Source of the DNA: Minisyncoccota bacterium
Lineage (GTDB): Bacteria > Patescibacteriota > Minisyncoccia > Phycocordibacterales > UBA9973
DNA length: 47,459 nucleotides
Direction: 5' to 3'
NCBI GenBank assembly: GCA_035550535.1
Contig: DASZOX010000015.1
Location: forward strand, 1 to 47,459
This document shows positions 33,727 through 42,289 of the stretch, in pieces. Below the pieces are notes generated by a model. It worked only from the letters and a program-made list of their open reading frames with translations. It had not been told where the DNA came from and ran no database searches. The position numbers and the translations under genes are program-made. The first letter of the stretch is position 1; every line of letters starts with the position of its first letter.

Positions 33727-34128
33727 TCATGCGACCGGCTGGGTGCAGTGTGCGCAGCGTGTCGCATCGATAGGAATCTCGCTTAAGCATTGGGGGCACT
33801 TTTTGGTTGTTGGATCAGCAGGCGGCTCTTTGCGTGCGCGGGAAATAAGTATGTTGACGGGTTTTACTACGAAGAAGAATACTGCTGCCGCAGTGAGTAT
33901 GAATGAAATAAAAGCGTTCAAGAAGTGTCCGTACATAAATTTGCTTCCGTTGATAGTGAAAGCGAGCCCACTAAAATCCGGCACCTTTACGATCGCCGCA
34001 ATGAACGGGGTGAGAAGGTCAGAGACGAGTGCGGTCACAATCGTACCAAACGCCGCACCGACCACAACACCAACTGCTAGATCGACAACGTTTCCTCGGA
34101 GTAAAAATTGTTTGAATTCTTTAAGCAT
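33727..34128 (-). CDS. mscL: Large-conductance mechanosensitive channel MscL with C-terminal zinc-ribbon tail
   Basis: MLKEFKQFLLRGNVVDLAVGVVVGAAFG (MscL signature) and a second TM span. The tail is KKCPQCLSEIPIDATRCAHC. Confidence 0.9.
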   Translation of the reverse strand: MLKEFKQFLLRGNVVDLAVGVVVGAAFGTIVTALVSDLLTPFIAAIVKVPDFSGLAFTINGSKFMYGHFLNAFISFILTAAAVFFFVVKPVNILISRARKEPPADPTTKKCPQCLSEIPIDATRCAHCTQPVA

Positions 34129-34154
34129 ATGTTGTTAGTATATACCAGAGAGCT

Positions 34155-34514
34155 TCATTTTTGAAAAGTTTGCTGCAGTGTTATTCCCGAAATCATCTCG
34201 TCATCGTACTCACACTTTGAAAGTGTGAGTTTTATTTTTTGCGCGCGTGGGTGGCGTGCGATAGTTGCAGCGATTTTTGCAGCGAGCGTTTCGATAAGGC
34301 GGACCGGCGGTCCAGCAATAACAGAAGCTGCGCACGCTGCTATATATTTGTAATCGAGTGTTTTTTCGAGTGAGTCGGTTTCTACTGCTTCTTTGATTGA
34401 GTCGAGAGAAACAGCAATGTCAAGAGTGAAGCTTCGTGCCGTGCCGGTCGTTAGAGCATGGGTGCCGTGAATACCCCAAAGAACAAGCCCTCGAACGAAA
34501 ATGGTTGTTTCCAT
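34155..34514 (-). CDS. Dihydroneopterin aldolase (FolB) family protein
   Basis: 119 aa with IFVRGLVLWGIHG...DYKYI...LIETLAAKIA...I.L.K pattern, typical of the FolB tunnel fold. Confidence 0.7.
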   Translation of the reverse strand: METTIFVRGLVLWGIHGTHALTTGTARSFTLDIAVSLDSIKEAVETDSLEKTLDYKYIAACAASVIAGPPVRLIETLAAKIAATIARHPRAQKIKLTLSKCEYDDEMISGITLQQTFQK

Positions 34515-34655
34515 ATATACAAAAAAAGACGAAGCTGATAATAATGTCTCGTTGTTATAGATGGATTAAATCATGCGATGGTTATTTATTTGCGGGCATC
34601 GTGGGTTCAGTACCAGAGCGGTGACGCACCGTAAAGGTAGTATAGCGATTTTCTT

Positions 34656-35210
34656 CTAGCCCTCCTGAGGTACGTAGGTCGCAAGCTGTTTCAGGATAGT
34701 CTCGACGGATTCAACAGTATCGACAACAATCTCGCCTTCTAATGATTTTAGGTTTAGGTTGCCATAGTGTCGCTCCAATTCATCCAGATCAGTAATGAGC
34801 TGATTTGGTACAGGATTTTCTGAACGAACATTGAAACGCCTCTTCCATACCTCTCGGTCAGAACAAATCACCAACACTGAAACAAGATGCACATTTCGTT
34901 CTTCGCACCACTTCTGAAAATTTATCACCTCTTCATCATTTTGAAAAGGATAATCAAGAACCAGAGAGGTTCCAGAGGATGTATTCGATTCAAGTATCCT
35001 AAAAAGAGAGTCGTAACTTATCTTGTTGCGAATAATGTGATCCTCAACATATACAGAAGTGGAATCGTAGATATCGTCCTTTCTGAGAATTGGCAACTTC
35101 CGTTCCTTTGCAAATGCATCAGAAACGGCACTTTTGCCGACTCCTGGGCGGCCTCTGAATAATATAACTGTTGTTTGTTCCTTTTCCATAGTTTTAAGTA
35201 TGTGGATCAT
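34656..35210 (-). CDS. P-loop kinase/ATPase (AAA_33-like)
   Basis: Walker A GRPGVGKSAVS, then LVLDYP (Walker B-like). 184 aa. The gene is AT-rich relative to its neighbours. Confidence 0.7.
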   Translation of the reverse strand: MIHILKTMEKEQTTVILFRGRPGVGKSAVSDAFAKERKLPILRKDDIYDSTSVYVEDHIIRNKISYDSLFRILESNTSSGTSLVLDYPFQNDEEVINFQKWCEERNVHLVSVLVICSDREVWKRRFNVRSENPVPNQLITDLDELERHYGNLNLKSLEGEIVVDTVESVETILKQLATYVPQEG

Positions 35211-35420
35211 GCCGATAACGAGTTCTTAGTGCGGTATCTACTGGACGAAATTCAAAATACATCTGAACTTTGAATTTTGGCGGGGACGATTGCCGGAACT
35301 TTGAACCGACAGGACGGCTTAGCTACAGTAACATTGATAAAATTATACGGAAACTAAAGCGGCTGTATCAAGAAAAGCCTGGTCTATTCGATGTGCCTAC
35401 TTTTGCTCGGAAGGTTTACT

Positions 35421-35523
35421 AGATATATACAACTTACTATACAGATTTGATAAGTAACTGCGATATATCTGCGGCTGAATAGTTTACTTATTCTATACAG
35501 AATTGATAAGAATAAGTAAACTA
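35421..35523. repeat. Two tandem hairpins sharing a 14-nt loop motif ATACAGAWTTGATA
   Basis: Hairpin 1 has outer stem AGATATAT (35421-35428)/ATATATCT (35463-35470), inner stem TTACT (35434-35438)/AGTAA (35453-35457), and loop ATACAGATTTGATA. Hairpin 2 has a 15-bp stem TAGTTTACTTATTCT (35480-35494)/AGAATAAGTAAACTA (35509-35523) and loop ATACAGAATTGATA. Confidence 0.6.
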
Positions 35524-35542
35524 ATGCCCGATTGGCCGAACT

Positions 35543-36151
35543 CTAGAGCGCCACAGTGCGCAAGCGAGGAAAGAGCTCGATAAGCAATTCTTCTCCCTTT
35601 TCGGTCTTGATAGGGCCGAGTATGACCCGCACAAACGGAACCTTGCTCTTGGTGCAGAAGTCGGCGAGCGCTTGCCAGTCTGGAGCATGCATTTGTGGCG
35701 CGAGATTGAGAGCAAGATAGAGACTAAGGTAAGGCGAGGGTGAGTATCCTTTCGAGAATATCTTTTGCAACTCACTGGTAACCGAAGCCGTGAAGTCGCC
35801 GTTGAACTGGTGATCGGTCAGCCGCTTCATTTGGAAGACATCGCCGCTGATGTCGTCTCTCGGTGTGGCATTGGAGTCGGCTGCGTCGAGGATGAGAATA
35901 TCAACGTCGGTATCGTCTTTGCGGAACTTTTTGATGGTCTCGTTCTTGGTGAGCGTCCCGGCTTTCATCTGCCGCAACCCCTCCTCGGTAACCGGAATGC
36001 CAACCAGGAACGGCTTCTTGAACTCCTTTTCGTACAGACGCTTGAGGCGTACTGCCTCCGAGAGCTCGGTATCGCGGCTGTCGCGCCCCTCGCCGAATTG
36101 GCGCAGGTAGTCAATGATTTCTTGCTCTGTGCAGTAGATAAAATGCTCCAT
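35543..36151 (-). CDS. Hypothetical protein (202 aa)
   Basis: Clean ORF, GC-richer than the adjacent kinase gene. It lies next to tRNA-Ser. No recognised motif. Confidence 0.6.
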   Translation of the reverse strand: MEHFIYCTEQEIIDYLRQFGEGRDSRDTELSEAVRLKRLYEKEFKKPFLVGIPVTEEGLRQMKAGTLTKNETIKKFRKDDTDVDILILDAADSNATPRDDISGDVFQMKRLTDHQFNGDFTASVTSELQKIFSKGYSPSPYLSLYLALNLAPQMHAPDWQALADFCTKSKVPFVRVILGPIKTEKGEELLIELFPRLRTVAL

Positions 36152-36212
36152 GGTTCAAAGATTCTACAAGGCCGTCTAAAAATGCTTTTATCTAAGCCAC
36201 AAAAACTACTAG

Positions 36213-36299
36213 CGGAAGCGGTGAGATTCGAACTCACGGTCCCCTTGCGAGGACTCCTGTTTTCAAGACAGGTGCATTCGACCACTCTGCCACGCTTCC
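36213..36299 (-). tRNA. tRNA-Ser (anticodon TGA)
   Basis: Hand fold: acceptor GGAAGCG/CGCTTCC, anticodon arm CCTGT-CTTGAAA-ACAGG, long variable arm AGTCCTCGCAAGGGGACC, T-arm GTGAG-TTCGAAT-CTCAC, discriminator G. Total 87 nt. Confidence 0.93.
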
Positions 36300-36357
36300 A
36301 TTGTGAATAGCCGAACTGTACCATGGAATAGCAGCAGATTCAATTGTCTGTTAGAGT

Positions 36358-36753
36358 ATGTTGATGAAATATATCGGTATTGATTACGGCACAAAAAAAG
36401 TTGGGGTCGCGATCAGTGGCGAACATGCTGCATTTGCATTCCCAAAAGAAATCGTTCCAACAGAGGGTGCACTTGAGCGGATTGCCGAAATCTGCGCGCA
36501 AGAACCCATCGGGGGAATTGTAATCGGGGAGTCGATCGCGACAAACGAAAAGGAGAATGCAGTGGGGGGAGCGGCGAGGGCTTTTGCAAAAGCCCTCGCC
36601 GCAAAAGCAGCGCTCCCCATTCATTTTGAGCGTGAAGATTTTTCTTCCGTTGAAGCGCATCGTTTTCAAACAAAAGCGGGGGATAGAGACGATAGCGCGG
36701 CGGCGATTATCCTACAGCGCTTTTTGGATAAAAGACGCTCTACGTTAAAATAA
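36358..36753 (+). CDS. ruvX: Putative pre-16S rRNA nuclease / Holliday junction resolvase-like YqgF (RuvX)
   Basis: KYIGIDYGTKKVGVAIS N-terminus and DDSAAAIILQRFL near the C-terminus. Confidence 0.9.
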   Translation: MLMKYIGIDYGTKKVGVAISGEHAAFAFPKEIVPTEGALERIAEICAQEPIGGIVIGESIATNEKENAVGGAARAFAKALAAKAALPIHFEREDFSSVEAHRFQTKAGDRDDSAAAIILQRFLDKRRSTLK

Positions 36754-36757
36754 GTCT

Positions 36758-37105
36758 ATGGACAAGGAAGAACAGCAAAAAATTTCTATTGATGATTTTA
36801 AAAAAATCCAAGCGCGAGTAGGCCGCGTAGTGGTTGCCGAAGCAGTACCCGACAGCGACAAGCTGATTCGGTTTGAAATCGATTTTGGTGACGAGCGGCG
36901 CCAGATACTTTCCGCGATCCGGCAGTGGTATCCTGAACCGTCTGCTCTTCTCGGCAAGCAGCTGCTTTTTTGCACCAATCTCGTACCCCGCACGATTCGC
37001 GGCTTCGAGAGCAACGGCATGCTCATGGCAGTCTCTGATGAACAGGAGATACCGATCTTGCTCACCCCGGAGCACTCCGTTCCCGATGGATCAATGATGC
37101 GATAG
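36758..37105 (+). CDS. tRNA-binding domain protein (CsaA/EMAP-II type)
   Basis: FKKIQARVGRVVVAEAVPDSDKLIRFEIDFG...RQILSAI and SNGMLMAV, an OB-fold tRNA-binding signature. Confidence 0.85.
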   Translation: MDKEEQQKISIDDFKKIQARVGRVVVAEAVPDSDKLIRFEIDFGDERRQILSAIRQWYPEPSALLGKQLLFCTNLVPRTIRGFESNGMLMAVSDEQEIPILLTPEHSVPDGSMMR

Positions 37106-37108
37106 CCA

Positions 37109-38209
37109 TTGTTGTATCGTATACTTATTTACGTGTCATCGCGTTTCTTTCGATTCTTTCCTCTCCCCTCATTTTTTACTATTCCTACCGTCGGATTGGA
37201 TTTTTCTGACGCCACTATGCGCTTCATCCGATTTCGTGAGGGGAGACATGGGCTCTTGCCTGCCGACTATGGAGCACTTTCTATTCCTCCCGGGTGCATG
37301 AAAGAGGGGCGCATCGATGATGAAAAAAAGTTTATCGATTTTCTCAAGGGGGTGCGCAAAAAGTATGGTATAAAATATGTGCGCGTCTCCATCCCCGAAT
37401 CGCAGGTATACTCATTCACCCTTCCTCTCGACAGCGCTGCCAAAGATGACCTTCGCGGCTCCATCGAACTTATGCTTGAAGACACTATTCCGCTCAAATC
37501 GACTGAGGCAATCTTTGACTATCAGATACTTTTTACGGATGAAAAGCATATTTTGGTGCAGGTAGTAGCGATTTCTGAAAAAACGGCAACCGCGTATCTC
37601 GATGCGTTTGCGCGTGCGGGGCTTGTCCCGGTATCCTTTGAGCTCGATGGTCAGGCGGCGGCACGCGCAGTGCTTCGCCCCGACGATGCTCGATCTTGTA
37701 TGCTCGTTGATATTGGAGCAACGAGGACGGGTATTACTATTATCACCAACAGCATTGCCGTATATACATCGACGCTTGATTTTGGTGGCGCCATGGTGGT
37801 TGAAAAGATCATGCACGAGCGCTCGGTGTCGCTTGAGGAGGCGCATCGGCTGGTTCATCTGTACGGATTCAACGCAATGGGTGCCGAGGCAGCTATCGTG
37901 CCACTCCTTTCAGAAGTGTTTGTAACATTGAAAGAAGAAATCAATCGTCGCTACATCTATTGGCAGGAAAGGAAAGATCAATTTGTTCATCTCTCGGCAA
38001 TTGATCAGATATATCTCTGCGGAGGGTACAGCACGATCGAGGGAGTGGCTGAGTATCTCAGCACCAATCTCAAACTTCCCGTAACGGCAGCAAATCCGTG
38101 GATAAATTGCCTCTCATTTCACGAAGTGATCCCGCTGCTTACCCAAGTGCAAGCGCAAAGCTATGTGACCGCGATCGGACTCGCACTCAGTGATTATTTA
38201 TATGATTGA
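37109..38209 (+). CDS. pilM: Type IV pilus assembly protein PilM (actin-like ATPase)
   Basis: VGLDFSD...RFIRF, LVDIGATRTGITI and IYLCGGYSTIEGVAEYL. TTG start 3 nt after the upstream stop. Confidence 0.85.
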   Translation: MLYRILIYVSSRFFRFFPLPSFFTIPTVGLDFSDATMRFIRFREGRHGLLPADYGALSIPPGCMKEGRIDDEKKFIDFLKGVRKKYGIKYVRVSIPESQVYSFTLPLDSAAKDDLRGSIELMLEDTIPLKSTEAIFDYQILFTDEKHILVQVVAISEKTATAYLDAFARAGLVPVSFELDGQAAARAVLRPDDARSCMLVDIGATRTGITIITNSIAVYTSTLDFGGAMVVEKIMHERSVSLEEAHRLVHLYGFNAMGAEAAIVPLLSEVFVTLKEEINRRYIYWQERKDQFVHLSAIDQIYLCGGYSTIEGVAEYLSTNLKLPVTAANPWINCLSFHEVIPLLTQVQAQSYVTAIGLALSDYLYD

Positions 38210-38735
38210 TATTCTTCCCTATCATCAAAAAAAATTGATCCGGCGCCTACGCTTCGTGCGCATGGCAACGGGGATACTTGTTGGGGTCATGGTGCTCATG
38301 GGGGTGAGCGCGCTCCTTTTTCTTCCCACCCTCGAGCTCATTTCGGCGCGGTACCTTTTGGTGAATACGCAAACCCGAGCGCTCGAAGCAAACGGCTCCA
38401 TCGCAAAATCAGTAGATGTCATGAGTCTCTCCAAAGCAGTGAAAACAATCAAAGAGAAACTCGATGCACCTATCCCGCCGTCGCCGCTTGCTTACATTGC
38501 GATTATGCGCAGTGATCAGACTGCAGGGATTACCTTCACCGGCTATGGTATCGCGGATGCAACACAGCCCATTGTTGAGCTCCATGGAGTTGCGGCGACG
38601 CGCGAAGCCCTGCAGCAGTTTGTTGATGCATTGCATCATGATAGTGCGGTTGCTTCGGTCGATAGCCCCGTCGAAAACTTCGTCAAAAGCACCCAGAGTC
38701 AATTTGTGATCACGGTTACCTTTGCAGCATCATGA
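38190..38735 (+). CDS. pilN: PilN-like pilus assembly protein
   Basis: LPYHQKK...RRLRF followed by a single TM span, then a periplasmic domain. An alternative ATG at 38202 overlaps the pilM stop (ATGATTGA). Confidence 0.65.
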   Translation: MIIYMIDILPYHQKKLIRRLRFVRMATGILVGVMVLMGVSALLFLPTLELISARYLLVNTQTRALEANGSIAKSVDVMSLSKAVKTIKEKLDAPIPPSPLAYIAIMRSDQTAGITFTGYGIADATQPIVELHGVAATREALQQFVDALHHDSAVASVDSPVENFVKSTQSQFVITVTFAAS

Positions 38736-39304
38736 CTACCGCCGCTGTTGTCAAAAAGCATATACTCTTATTCGTGATCGCTATGCTCGGAACTTTGGCG
38801 GGGGCGCTGCTGCTCGTGAGCATGGTTCGTCTTGTGAAAAGCCGCATGGGCAAGGTGCTTGCCGCCGATACCCAGCTCGCTTCCTATCAGGCAAACAAAG
38901 AAATATTTGCCCAAGAAGCAACGTCGCTTGCAGCCATCAAACAAAAAGTAGAAACGCTTGCAGGGTATGAAATAACCTCCGATACTATCCCGCAACTCCT
39001 CTCCTCCATGGAGGCGCTCGCACAGAGGGATGCTATCGACTTTTCTATTACCACTGTCCAGACACCGGGGAACGGCAGTAAACAGCAGCTCCTCATTGAC
39101 TTTTCGGCGAAGGGGACGCAAAAGAATCTCGATGCATTCCTTGGCGACCTGACTCACCAGTCGTACCAAATTGCATTTACCAAACTCTCTCTTTTTGCGG
39201 AGAGCGACACCTCGTTTGGTACGGGAGCAGCGGGAAATACTTCCACATTGCCTCCGCCGGGTGGCTGGGATGTGTTGGCGAGTATACGAGTCATGAGTTA
39301 TTGA
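38732..39304 (+). CDS. pilO: PilO-like pilus assembly protein
   Basis: N-terminal TM span, a coiled-coil segment and a C-terminal alpha/beta domain. It overlaps pilN by 4 nt. The assignment rests mostly on position. Confidence 0.55.
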   Translation: MTTAAVVKKHILLFVIAMLGTLAGALLLVSMVRLVKSRMGKVLAADTQLASYQANKEIFAQEATSLAAIKQKVETLAGYEITSDTIPQLLSSMEALAQRDAIDFSITTVQTPGNGSKQQLLIDFSAKGTQKNLDAFLGDLTHQSYQIAFTKLSLFAESDTSFGTGAAGNTSTLPPPGGWDVLASIRVMSY

Positions 39305-39305
39305 T

Positions 39306-39593
39306 ATGCATACCCCTTTTTCTTTTATCCATCATACGGCACCTCCTTCGCTCCAAAAGAAGCAATCGCATCCCCGACGATGGTGGAAACTGTACTGTAT
39401 CTCTTTTTTGAGCATACTGATGGTGCTGGCTGGCTACTTCGGGTGGTTCTTCTGGAAAACCGAACGCAAACTTGATGAACCGCCAGTGACTACCCCGCAG
39501 ACCAATGCAGCTGTTATTGCCGCTATGCAACAGACGCTTGCTGCAACAGAAGCTGCGATCGAAACACGTACCGGAACGTCAATAGGACAATGA
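39306..39593 (+). CDS. Hypothetical single-pass membrane protein, last gene of the pilMNO cluster
   Basis: RRWWKLYCISFLSILMVLAGYFGWFFW TM span. It starts 2 nt after pilO. Confidence 0.45.
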   Translation: MHTPFSFIHHTAPPSLQKKQSHPRRWWKLYCISFLSILMVLAGYFGWFFWKTERKLDEPPVTTPQTNAAVIAAMQQTLAATEAAIETRTGTSIGQ

Positions 39594-39715
39594 TGTGTGG
39601 TCACGAGTTTTTCGTGTGCAGCTCCTTGTGATCGAACTTTTCAGTGTGTTGTCCCACAGGGTTCTATTTGACTTTCAATGTTAATGACACAATGCATATT
39701 GTGCTCCTTTTTCAG

Positions 39716-39952
39716 CTAATCAGAAATAATTAGGCGACCATTTCTTGCTGTTACAGTATAGGCTGTATCATCAACATAAAATGTATGATCTGTTGCATAA
39801 AAAGTCATTGCGGGGCTGTTTGGGCCTTCTTCTTGCTCCACATATAATCTGTCATAACCCTGAAGGGAGATTTTAAAACCATTATATATAAACGTTCCTG
39901 ATTCGGGATCATATTTCGCATTTGGTAATTTTTCAAAATACCCCATTGCCAT
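39716..39952 (-). CDS. Hypothetical small protein (78 aa), AT-rich island
   Basis: ORF starting 3 nt downstream of the stop of the 371-aa ORF, on the same strand. No signal peptide or motif. Confidence 0.5.
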   Translation of the reverse strand: MAMGYFEKLPNAKYDPESGTFIYNGFKISLQGYDRLYVEQEEGPNSPAMTFYATDHTFYVDDTAYTVTARNGRLIISD

Positions 39953-39954
39953 AT

Positions 39955-41070
39955 TTATTGTGGAAAACCACTAAACGCTAAATCACCACCTTTAAAATTT
40001 TCATCAAGATTCCCCCTAGAAAAATATTTAGGATTCAACTCGGCAAGAATTTCCTGTATTTCCTGAACATGGCTCCCAGTTATTTCTGAAATCTTAATGG
40101 TAAGACCGTCTTTGCTCTTCTCGGTAAACGAAAAAATATTTCCAGTTGAATCTATGGCATCAATTATGGGAAAAGGATTGTTGTCTTTATCGAATCCAAA
40201 TCGGAGATTATAAACAATCTTGTTATCAGACGATATGCCTATAGTAGTTGATTCCCGGTTTAGCGTTGTCTTAAATACCTTACCCTCTTGAAAGTGTATA
40301 TTAACAGGGTTGTGAGATGAATTTTTTTTATGATATTTATCGGGAACATCGATTTTTCGAAAAGAAGGGTCAAGCACTATCCTGATAGATTTAGACTCTT
40401 CTTTAGAGCCTTCGTATTCAAAATATTCTATTTCCAGCCAAATATGATTTGCTGTCCCGTGTTCAGTCTCAACAAAATGAGTAGGGGCAAGACCATAACA
40501 CTTGCTTATACTAATTTTTTTTCTGTCGAAAGTATCGATTAAGGATTGAAGTCTTTCCTCTTCATCCAGAAGCCTGTTAAGCTCATTGCTATTTTCACTC
40601 ACGGATTGGTTATCCAAGAGGGCCATATACTCGTCGTCAATACTCAAAAATTTATTTTTTAAGTTTTTATACTCAGCACTAGTTCCGTTTTTATTGAACT
40701 CGCTAATATGATCACGTATCTGAGGGTCGGCACCCAATTTGTCTAATAGCAACAAAGAGAGAATTGCGCACTGCCCTTTATTTTCAGAGATATCATGAAA
40801 CTTCCTTATAACCACACTACGCTTTTCTGGGTCAAACACTATTCCACCTTTCACAAAACGCTTCACCTTACCCACGCAATCATCATAATCTAAATCGTGC
40901 ATTAGATCCTTTATCCGCTCTATATGGATTTCTGAGAACCCCATTTCAAGTAGATTATCTCGGGCAGTCGTCTCAATTTCCACTGACCCAAGGTTTTGCC
41001 TCTCTTTATTTTCAAAAGAATCAGATGGATCTTTCAGTGTATTCCATGGAAAATATTCCATATTTTCCAA
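39955..41070 (-). CDS. Hypothetical protein (371 aa), possible transglutaminase-like/papain-like Cys-His-Asp fold
   Basis: KGQCAILSLLLLDKLG (Cys at a helix start), then NHIWLEIEYF (H.W.E) and IVLDPSF (DP). This order resembles transglutaminase-like cysteine peptidases but has an unusually long coiled-coil insert between the Cys and the His. Very AT-rich. Confidence 0.6.
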   Translation of the reverse strand: MENMEYFPWNTLKDPSDSFENKERQNLGSVEIETTARDNLLEMGFSEIHIERIKDLMHDLDYDDCVGKVKRFVKGGIVFDPEKRSVVIRKFHDISENKGQCAILSLLLLDKLGADPQIRDHISEFNKNGTSAEYKNLKNKFLSIDDEYMALLDNQSVSENSNELNRLLDEEERLQSLIDTFDRKKISISKCYGLAPTHFVETEHGTANHIWLEIEYFEYEGSKEESKSIRIVLDPSFRKIDVPDKYHKKNSSHNPVNIHFQEGKVFKTTLNRESTTIGISSDNKIVYNLRFGFDKDNNPFPIIDAIDSTGNIFSFTEKSKDGLTIKISEITGSHVQEIQEILAELNPKYFSRGNLDENFKGGDLAFSGFPQ

Positions 41071-41116
41071 TTATATCAGAAAAGCATTTTTAAGTTTTTC
41101 GTGCTGGCACGAGCAG

Positions 41117-41188
41117 TGCCCCCGGCAGGAATCGAACCTACAATAACGGCTTAGAAGTCCGCAGTTATATCCATTTAACTACGGGGGC
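41117..41188 (-). tRNA. tRNA-Arg (anticodon TCT)
   Basis: Hand fold: acceptor GCCCCCG/CGGGGGC, D-arm GTTA-AATGGATA-TAAC, anticodon loop CTTCTAA (stem with one A-G mismatch at 31-39), T-arm GTAGG-TTCGATT-CCTGC, discriminator A. Confidence 0.85.
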
Positions 41189-41270
41189 AATAAAGATCAG
41201 CGATTATCTTATACTAGCAAAGATAATTGGCAAACGTAACGCGGTTTGCTATGCTCAGACTACGAGCATT

Positions 41271-41346
41271 GCGCTCTTAGCTCAGTTGGTAGAGCAGCGC
41301 TTTTACACAGCGAAGGTCGGGGGTTCGAATCCCTCAGGGCGCACCA
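41271..41346 (+). tRNA. tRNA-Val (anticodon TAC), CCA encoded
   Basis: Hand fold: acceptor GCGCTCT/AGGGCGC, D-arm GCTC-AGTTGGTA-GAGC, anticodon loop TTTACAC, T-arm GGGGG-TTCGAAT-CCCTC, then ACCA. Confidence 0.93.
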
Positions 41347-41362
41347 GTAATAGTTTGGGTAT

Positions 41363-42271
41363 ATGAAAGAAACATTTCCTATTTCAAAAGGCCAAGAGAC
41401 ACCGACTTTTTCTAAACGAGAAATTGAATTCCTCGATAATGAGGTACAAACAATGAAAAAAGGAGCTCTCATAGAAGACGACTTCCGTGGAAAAGAATTC
41501 AGCGATGAATTTGTCGATCAATGTAAAAAGGAAGTAGAAAAAATCAAAGAAGGTTTTGAAAAAGACAATAAAATTTCTGAGATGAAAAGTGAAATCGAAG
41601 AAAATTTTGCATTATCAAAAGAATACCGACAAGCATCAGAATATCTTGAGGCACTCTTCTACAACAAACTAGGAGGAAGAGATGGTTGGATTCCAAATGC
41701 TCTTGTATGGAAGACATCCGAGTACGATGACTATGTTAATGGTATCGACTTTGTTGTTGAAAGTGAAGATCGAGAATTGGCGCTCGGAACTGATGTGACT
41801 TTTTCACATAGCAGAGCTCTCGTTTCAAAACTCAATAGAATAAAAAAACAAATCGATACAGGAGAACTCCCACAACTTACTTTTTATGATCCAGTAAAAA
41901 TGACTGACCGCCCATTGCCACGAGCAGTCATCGCAGTTGAAAGAGAAAAAATTATTAAAGCGCTTAAACTCTGGGCTGATAGTGAGCACAATGAAGGATT
42001 TGAACATTTACTCCGCAATCATCCGCTTCGCGCAAAAACAATGCTCGAACTTGAAATGCAACTCGAAAGTTTTGCTGTATATGCAAAAAACATCGGACGC
42101 CGCGAAATCGCTTCTTCGTACAACGACCTTTTGTCACAAATACAATTGCTCATTATTGATCATGAAGAAACTATCAAAAATTATCGAGAGTTGATTGATG
42201 ATGATCTGGCATATCAGACCATTGCGTCATTTTGCGAAAGCTTAAAAAATACGAAAAATTTTGAAAATTAA
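41363..42271 (+). CDS. Hypothetical protein (302 aa), AT-rich island
   Basis: Clean ORF beginning 17 nt after tRNA-Val. Lys/Glu-rich with no recognised motif. Confidence 0.6.
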   Translation: MKETFPISKGQETPTFSKREIEFLDNEVQTMKKGALIEDDFRGKEFSDEFVDQCKKEVEKIKEGFEKDNKISEMKSEIEENFALSKEYRQASEYLEALFYNKLGGRDGWIPNALVWKTSEYDDYVNGIDFVVESEDRELALGTDVTFSHSRALVSKLNRIKKQIDTGELPQLTFYDPVKMTDRPLPRAVIAVEREKIIKALKLWADSEHNEGFEHLLRNHPLRAKTMLELEMQLESFAVYAKNIGRREIASSYNDLLSQIQLLIIDHEETIKNYRELIDDDLAYQTIASFCESLKNTKNFEN

Positions 42272-42289
42272 GAGTGATATACTTTCTAT

